Assembly: GCF_009914755.1 (NCBI RefSeq)
Contig: NC_060929.1
Length of the DNA stretch: 64,000 bases
Strand: one strand, 5' to 3'
DNA from: the human T2T-CHM13v2.0 reference genome, Homo sapiens
The notes under the pieces were generated by a model, which was given only the letters and a program-made list of their open reading frames with translations, searched no databases and had not been told where the DNA came from. The translations under genes were made by a program, and so were the position numbers. Positions 55,548 through 64,000 of the stretch are shown here, in pieces. Position 1 is the stretch's first letter. Each line of letters opens with the position of its first letter.

Positions 55548-56009
55548 TTAAAAAGAGCAAAGAGCAAAGTGTAGTTATTTGAAAAGATTAATAAAGTTAG
55601 TAAATTACAAGCCTTCAAAACTATTAAAGAAGTGTAAAAACATACATGCACACAGGTTACTAATAATAGGAATGAATGCAGACATTATTACTGATTCTTC
55701 AGACGTTAAAAGTATAATCATGAAAATTTACAAACAACTTAAAGTTAATAAAGTGATAACATATTTAATGCAAACATTTATAAAATTTGGGAAACAATTT
55801 CAGTAACTTTAAAAAAAAGTACCAAAACAGTCAAAATAGAAAATCTGATTAGCCTTATATTATTAGAGAAATTTAATTTTTAAGCACAAATCTTATCGCA
55901 GAGAAAATTTATTAAAGTGGCTTTCCAGATCAATGCTAAATAAAGAGGGAATACTCCTCAACTCAACTTTGAAACCAGCACATCCATGATACCCAAATTT
56001 GATATAGAG

Positions 56010-56738
56010 GATACTAGACACCAGAAGTCCCTTAGAGGAGTTGCAGAATGATCCCCTGAGCGCCTGGGGCTACCATAATCCATAGACCATTCTCATGATA
56101 TGCCTGACGTTTCAACTGATTAGTCTTCCCTGGCTTGTCTCAGGGCTGCTGGGCAGCTAGAGCACTCAGTCAACAGGTCCAAGTGGGCTGCTTCTGTCTC
56201 TAGCAAGGGGGCCCAGTTGGAGCTTGAGGAGAGTCTGGTCTCCAAGAAGATGACCGTCAGCCCCCTGGAGAGCTGGCTTACATCTTTGATATCTCTTGTC
56301 CAGACTGGATACTGGAACTGCAGAGATTGTGACTCCAGCCCATTTCTACAAGTATTCCCTTAGCTAGGTAAGGGAGGGAGAGGCCTAGCAGGAAGCCCGA
56401 GGGAGTCTAGGATGCACCCTGTAAGCATGTAATGTGAAAATGTGCGAAAATCTGTGGTGGGACAATAAGCCACCACAAATACCACAAACTGGTCAAGAGA
56501 GCTAGTTCCTGGGGCAGTAGGGCCAGGAAGAATGCCTTAGATTGTAGCAGATTAGGTTCCAGAGAAACCTGAGGTACATGTGGCTGAAGGCAGATCAAAG
56601 AGAGGTCTCAGGGGCAGGCAGACACCCAAGATCTACTTGAAGAGTAAGTGTGTCTAGTGTTCCACACCCCTTTGCATCCTGTTGCTGCTGGTGATCTATT
56701 GTAATAAATGTGCAGAGTTTTCTAAAAAAAATTAAAAA
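56010..56738 (+). pseudogene. AURKAIP1: Processed pseudogene of AURKAIP1 (mitochondrial ribosomal protein mS38)
   Basis: Hand translation gives [26 protein letters not shown] from 56205, HHKYHKLVK from 56471 and QTPKIYLKSK near 56620, matching recalled AURKAIP1 ([45 protein letters not shown]); intronless; start ATG>ATT at 56089; AATAAA at 56703; A-tail from 56724. Confidence 0.93.
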
Positions 56739-59239
56739 GAGAAAATAACAGACCAATGTCTTTCTTGACTACAGATACAAAAATCCTCAACACAATATTC
56801 ATATATAACAATATATCATTTTTAAGTTGAAAATATACCTAGTGATGTAATATTATATTTTAATATTTGAAAATCAATGTTAGCACATTAATATAATAAA
56901 GAAAAACTATCTCATAAAGTCATCTCAATAGTGCAAAGAAAGGATTTGCAATATTCAAAATCTATTCATAATTTAAAAAAATCCAACTGGGAATAGAATA
57001 AACACTTCTCAATTTAATAAAAGTCATTTATAAAAATTCTGGAGCTAAAATCAGATTTAATGGCAAAAGACTGAATACTTCCTAAGATTTTCAACAAAGC
57101 AAAAATGTCCCACTCTAAAACTATCCTCAAATCATCTAAGTGTCTATGTTAAGAAACAGAAAAATCTAAAAATATAAATAAGTGATTTTTGGCAAGTTCA
57201 CAAAATGCAAGATTTATATATAAAAGGAATATGCGTTTTTACATATCAGGGATAAAAAATGGAATATAAAATTAAAATAAAGACATTCTTTACAATAGTA
57301 TCAAAAACAAAATACTTAGGAACGATTGCTAGAAATTAAGGAAAATTAAATAAATGATCAAGTTTTTAAGTTAGAAGACTTTATAACTTCCTGTAATCCT
57401 GATCAAAATCTCAGCAAGAAATTTGTAAAGGTGCCAAAAGATTGTATAATTTAATGTAAATGCAAGTGGCCTAGAATAGTCAAAACTATTTGGAAAAAGA
57501 ATTTAAAAGTTTACAGACACTTAACTTTTGATTTCGAGACATATAATGAAGCTTGATTACATATAAGCTTCATTATATGTCTTGAAATCAAATAGTTAAG
57601 AGTAATCTTAAGATTAAGAGTAATCAAGGCAGTATGATGTAGGCATGAGGGCATTTTATTGTTTTTAAATTATATTGCAACATATTTAATTTAAAAATCT
57701 AAATTAAGGTTTATGATATGTTATTACAGTTATAACTTCTTTTTTATATTACCACAAATGAGCATTCCTAACATTTGAAATATTAGAAATATTATATTTT
57801 AATTGAATTGCATATATTTGCTGGAAAGAATGGTCTATGGAGTTTCTCTTAAACATCTCTTTGCCCACCACTCATCATGCTTCTCTAACGTAACTCTTAA
57901 AATGAGTTATATAAACACAACAGACAATGTTGTCTTCTTTTTTTCTAACATTCATTAGTAGCTCACGCCCCCTTCCATATATACTTATCCACCAATGACG
58001 TGCTGGTTGGGCAGTGAAATAAATGGTCCTGAGCACTGCATACTGCAGAGAACACAGGGGAACAGTGAAGAGAGCAAGATATTCCTATAACAGGGGCAAC
58101 TTCAAGAACAGCTAAAATTGTGGCCAGAGCAATATCCAACCTATTTTGGCCCGGGGCAATAGAGAAACAATTCACTTCTTAAAGGAAAATATAAAATTTT
58201 ACTGTAACTTGTATGGTGTGTTATACTGAAGTAAAAACAGCGCAATGTATTAGGCCACAGAAGATGTTAACAGGAAAGGATTGAGTCATGAAATTAATCT
58301 AACTTCTCTTCACGTTTAACTAATTTTCATGTACATTTATAGAGTTTATGTTATTTTTCTCAAACCCTGGAAATGAGTCCCTCAAATTTCCAAATGCTGC
58401 TTCTACCAGATTGCTATACAAAAGCTGTTTTGCTCCAGGTCCCTTCCTACTGTCCTCATTCATTCCACCATTACAGGTTCTGACCATCTGGCAGGCTGCT
58501 TCTAAACATTGTCAGTGTGAGTGCTGTCACATCGCACATCCCCGGGGGATATCTTGAGTAATTACTCATCCTAAGCAATAATAACACCTCTTGAGGCCAA
58601 GAACAAGTTGTTTATATATCTATACTGCCCCCAGCATTATCTAGGCATTTAAATTGAAAAATTAAATAAGCTTTCTAAAGCTAGCTATTAACCACTGCTG
58701 AATACACCAGTAACTTCTAGATATGTAGACCAGATAGTATTAATGCAACCTACAAGAGACTTTCCCAAGTTATTTTGTTTGGTGGACACTATTCAAAAAA
58801 GGTGACCAATTGCTTCTGATGCAGATATAAATTATGTAGAAATGTCCGGGCATCTTTGCATAACAGCCTTCCTCTTCAAATGCAAAGATGTCTTTTGAGC
58901 AATAATATTGTTCAGTAATGGGCACATATTTCATAGAATTTTAACAGGGAAAATTAGAATTCAAATATGAAACTAAAGTGTCCTGAATTTTTTCACCCAG
59001 TTTCATTCTGTAGAATAAAGCAAACCATTAAATTTTATCTCATACGACCTTCTAAAAATTCTATGAATTCAATATTCTATAAAGACTGGAAAGATGTACT
59101 ATCAAAACTACGAGCTTGGAGGATGTATACTTTAAAGAAGTTTCTTAAAAATATACTCTCAGAAAATATATAGTGAGTGTCATTTTCATAGGGTTATGGA
59201 GAAGCTATGTCACATTTGAGAAATCATTGGTTATATCAG

Positions 59240-59580
59240 TGTCTGAGCCCATTTTGTGCTGCTATAACAGAATACCTGAGATTGGGTAATTTATAATGAA
59301 CAGAAATTTATTTTCTCATAGTTCTGGAGGTTGGGAAGTCCTATATCAAGGTGTTGGCATATGGTGAAGGCCTTCTTATGTGTGTCATCACATAGCAGAT
59401 GGGAGAAAAGCAGAGAGCTCACTCTTGAAAGCCCTTTTTATAATGACATTAATCTATTCATTAAAGCAGAGCCTTCATAACCTAAACACATTCCATTAGG
59501 CCCCAGCTTCCAAAACTCTGTTGCATTGGTGGTTAATTTCAACATGACTTTTTGAAAGGACAAACATTTAAACCATAGCA
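59240..59580 (-). mobile_element. MaLR LTR (MLT1A/MSTD-like)
   Basis: gctgctataacagaatacctgag...catagttctggagg...aaaccatagca. Confidence 0.88.
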
Positions 59581-59679
59581 AGCCATAAACCATCTTACCT
59601 AAAAGCTCTGATTCCCTAGGTGTAACTCATACCATGTCACAACATAAAAACGCATGTGTATGTGTGTTTGTGTGTGGCA

Positions 59680-60150
59680 TTTGAAAAAATAGCAGACTCA
59701 AGAATGTCATTCTCATTTTCCCCTTACCCTTCTCTCTGAGCTAGGTTGTAAAACCTAGAAAGATTTTTTCCTGATCTTTCTGAAAAGCACTTCACAAGAT
59801 CCTCATTTCAGAGGTATCCACCCTACACATGAAGGAAAGGAATGTTCTTATCTGAAAACATCAGAAAACAAAGAAGAATCTGAAGAAACAGATCTAAGTC
59901 CCCCAAGTTAATCACAGATCATACTTTTTTCATCCAATCAAACTTCTACACAATTATCTACTTTTTAAAATCAAATATAGCATAAAATACATAGACTTCC
60001 CTATTTCTTTTGAGTTTTCAGTTCTAAAGGCTCCGTGTAATGTAAAACGTATATTAGATAAATGTGTGTGCTTTACTGTTGTTTGTCTTTTGTTATAGGG
60101 ATGTTAGCCATGAACCTAGCAATGGGTCAAAAAAGAATTATTTTCTCAAA
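59680..60150 (+). mobile_element. ERV1 LTR (MER4/MER34 group)
   Basis: ggctccgtgtaatgtaaaac...tgtcttttgttatagggatgttagccatgaacctagc. Confidence 0.7.
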
Positions 60151-61579
60151 CCTAAATCCCTAAACTCAAACCTACAAACCTAAATGTCAATAGTTCGCTA
60201 CTTGCTTTTCCTTCAGTTGCAAAATTCATTATTTGTGAAATGAGCTTCAGGCAACAGAGAGGCTGCTTTTTGTATCTTTCTCTTTCAAAACCCACCACAT
60301 ACATACACACACACAATCCAATGTAGGCCGCATCTGCATAGCTATCAAAAACTTCTTCAGGTTCTAGTCTGCAATTACTGAAAGTAGGTTAAATACAAGT
60401 GATGATGGCCATGTGCATGATGTAAAAATATCTTTCCAATGAGCTCATTAGAGTGAAAAATTTTACTTCATAAAAAATTACATTTTTCACGCAAGGAAGA
60501 ACATCTATAGGTTTACCCATTTACTTTTCATAAAATACTTTAAATTAGTGATTAATAGCAATATTTTTCAATATTGAATAATAAATTTTTACCAGTTAAC
60601 TTACGTGCTCTTGGCTGAATTAGGAATGAGAAAGAATAATATGCCAATGTTATGTTGCAGCATTAAACCCCTACCTTTGGTGGTCAATCCTAATTCCATT
60701 AATACTATACTTGGCTTTATAACTCTTCATCAACAAAACGATCAGAAGTCTTGGTGACTGCATTAGGTAATACGGTTTTCTGAGCAGCCACATTACCATA
60801 ATTATGTGTTGACTACATTGTCTAATATGCCAATTCCCTAAAAAATTCACCTGAAGTTACTTTTTGTGTAGCTAAAAATAGCCACTCTAATCGTTAAAAA
60901 ATGTCTAAAATCATCGGGAACGTATTTGACTTATCATTTGCAAAATTATTCTGACCTGATAATATGAAACACAATATGTAAAATTTAAGAAAAAACATAG
61001 GCAGTTTGATTTGTGAAAGTGTAGCTCAGAAAACTAATCTGAGCTGGATGCAGAGAATTTGTCATAATTCACATGAGATAATACTTAGATCTGTGGAGCC
61101 ACTGTTATATTTATTGGGTAGAATAGACACAATAAAGAAATGGTAAAATACAGGCATATGGAAGAATACGTGAATTTATTGAACAATAAATAAAAAATCA
61201 ATAAAGAAACGAGGGAGCAGTTTTCACAGAAATAAAAGATGGACCAGTCATAAACCTAGGCAGAAAAGTATCAAGAAAGGAGATATGCCTCACATGGTAG
61301 AAAAACTAACTTTGCAGGGAAAGGATTTGAAAAAGTCATTATTGTGGGTGTTTCCGTTTTCCAAAGCCTTTCTATTATAGAGCATAAGATAAATCCACCA
61401 GTGCATGCTAATAATATCTTACCATCTGTCTAGTTAGGCCAAATACAAATTTAGATAATCACATTTATTTAATGGTTCTGTTTGCAAATTTGAAGAAAGC
61501 AAAGTTTTGTAGACTTTGCTAATCATTCTATGCTATTATCAGTCATCATCCACACACACTTATTTACAGAGTAATCATA

Positions 61580-61792
61580 ATATAAATATAAACATTTATA
61601 TAGCGCTTACTATGTTTATACATGAAATCATTCAATCTTCCCATCAACTCTATGATGTACATATGCGTTCCCCATTTTATTGATGAGAAAATTAATCTCA
61701 AATAATCCCAGACTACCTGTATGCTTTGGAAGAGAGATTCAAACCCAGGCAGTCTGGCTCCCAGAGTCCATGTTCTTAATTAACAAGCTATA
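61580..61792 (-). mobile_element. MIR
   Basis: agcgcttactatg...cccattttattgatgagaaa...gattcaaacccaggcagtctggctccc. Confidence 0.85.
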
Positions 61793-62249
61793 CTTGATTT
61801 TCTTATTGAATGGACCTTACAGCCTTTTTGAACCAAATTCATTTCATGAGAAACCAGATGTGTAGTAGCCTGGTGTCAAAATAAAATTTTACTTATGGTG
61901 CAAAAATTTTGGAAAAAAATTGCAAGACAAAAATTAGCACAGCTAATGATAAATTCCTAAACTCACAGCCTGATCTTTACAATGAAATTTGAAATTTGAA
62001 ATGGAACAAATAAGTAGTATTTTTGATTACTTAATTAAACATTATCTTCCATATCCAGGTACATATACACATACACAAAAATATAGACCAATATTAATAT
62101 ATACAGATATGTACACATTGATATGTAATATATTAATTTTTATAAATCTAAGGAAGAAAGGATTTTAAGGAAAAAGACAAATGAAAAATAAATATTTATT
62201 AGTTCATAGTAAACTATTATTAAATATGATAGCCTTATGCAATTTTAAT

Positions 62250-63378
<1,129 letters not shown>

Positions 63379-64000
63379 AATTTTCTAAATATCTAAAATT
63401 TTTTCCTCAGGGGAAAAAAGAAATTTTAAATACATGTTTTAAGTATAATACAAGTACAGTAGTGAAAAACTAGGAAGAATTCAGAAAATGACTATTATCT
63501 TACAATACAGTATGTTTCCAATTATTACTTAAAAGCTATGAAGTTCAAAATGGAGATCATTTTATGCTGTATTTCAAACACTGTTATAAGTATAAAAATT
63601 CCTTTCACTAATTATATTGCTGTACTTATATGCATCAACTATCTATTTTTCAGGGACATTAGGGGACTATGTGTTGAAAATTTTAATTATAGTTATGCTA
63701 CCAGAAGTGTGATTATAGTTAGCCCACTCAATAGCCTGGTGTTTTATTACAAGGCTAACAAATGTTTTAAGAAATTAATACACCTGAATTTCAAGGTCAC
63801 AGCATATGTACGATTATTATTACAACACAATTTATATGATCATGTAATATTAATACAGTAACATGAGAGCATACTTAATTTAATTTATAGGTATAATTCT
63901 AAGAATTCAATGAAATTTGAATATTAAAATAGTAATAATGTATACATATGCATACACATATCTCTAGGTAAAGCTTTTTTATTTTGTCAATTTACCTAAA

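Noticed and set aside
60146-60186. aaacct/ccctaaa repeats resembling telomeric sequence
   Set aside because: Short and irregular, with no TTAGGG array; likely slippage at an LTR end

Overview
AT-rich primate, very probably human, genomic DNA dominated by interspersed repeats. The repeats are about 18 Alus, three large L1s plus older L1M/L2/MIR remnants, many MaLR/ERV1/ERVL LTRs, a degraded LTR16-associated ERVL provirus and a Tc2-like DNA transposon. I found no intact host protein-coding exon, RNA gene or CRISPR-like array; the long ORFs are L1 or Alu derived. The one host-gene-derived sequence is a decayed processed pseudogene of AURKAIP1 (mitoribosomal mS38) at about 56.0-56.7 kb, which the ORF track misses. 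I see no evidence of a new biological system. The most interesting signals are structural. (1) A young ACG/A-type L1 has a twin-priming inversion. (2) An Alu-spacer-Alu cassette with a chimeric Alu is bracketed by one target-site duplication (TSD). (3) A 245-bp piece of an L1 has been copied into the same L1. (4) A TSD-bounded L1 joins mid-ORF2 directly to its 3' tip. (5) Several snap-back or templated-insertion scars occur inside old repeats. Repeat subfamily names are from recall of consensus sequences and need RepeatMasker/Dfam confirmation, and boundaries of old elements are approximate.
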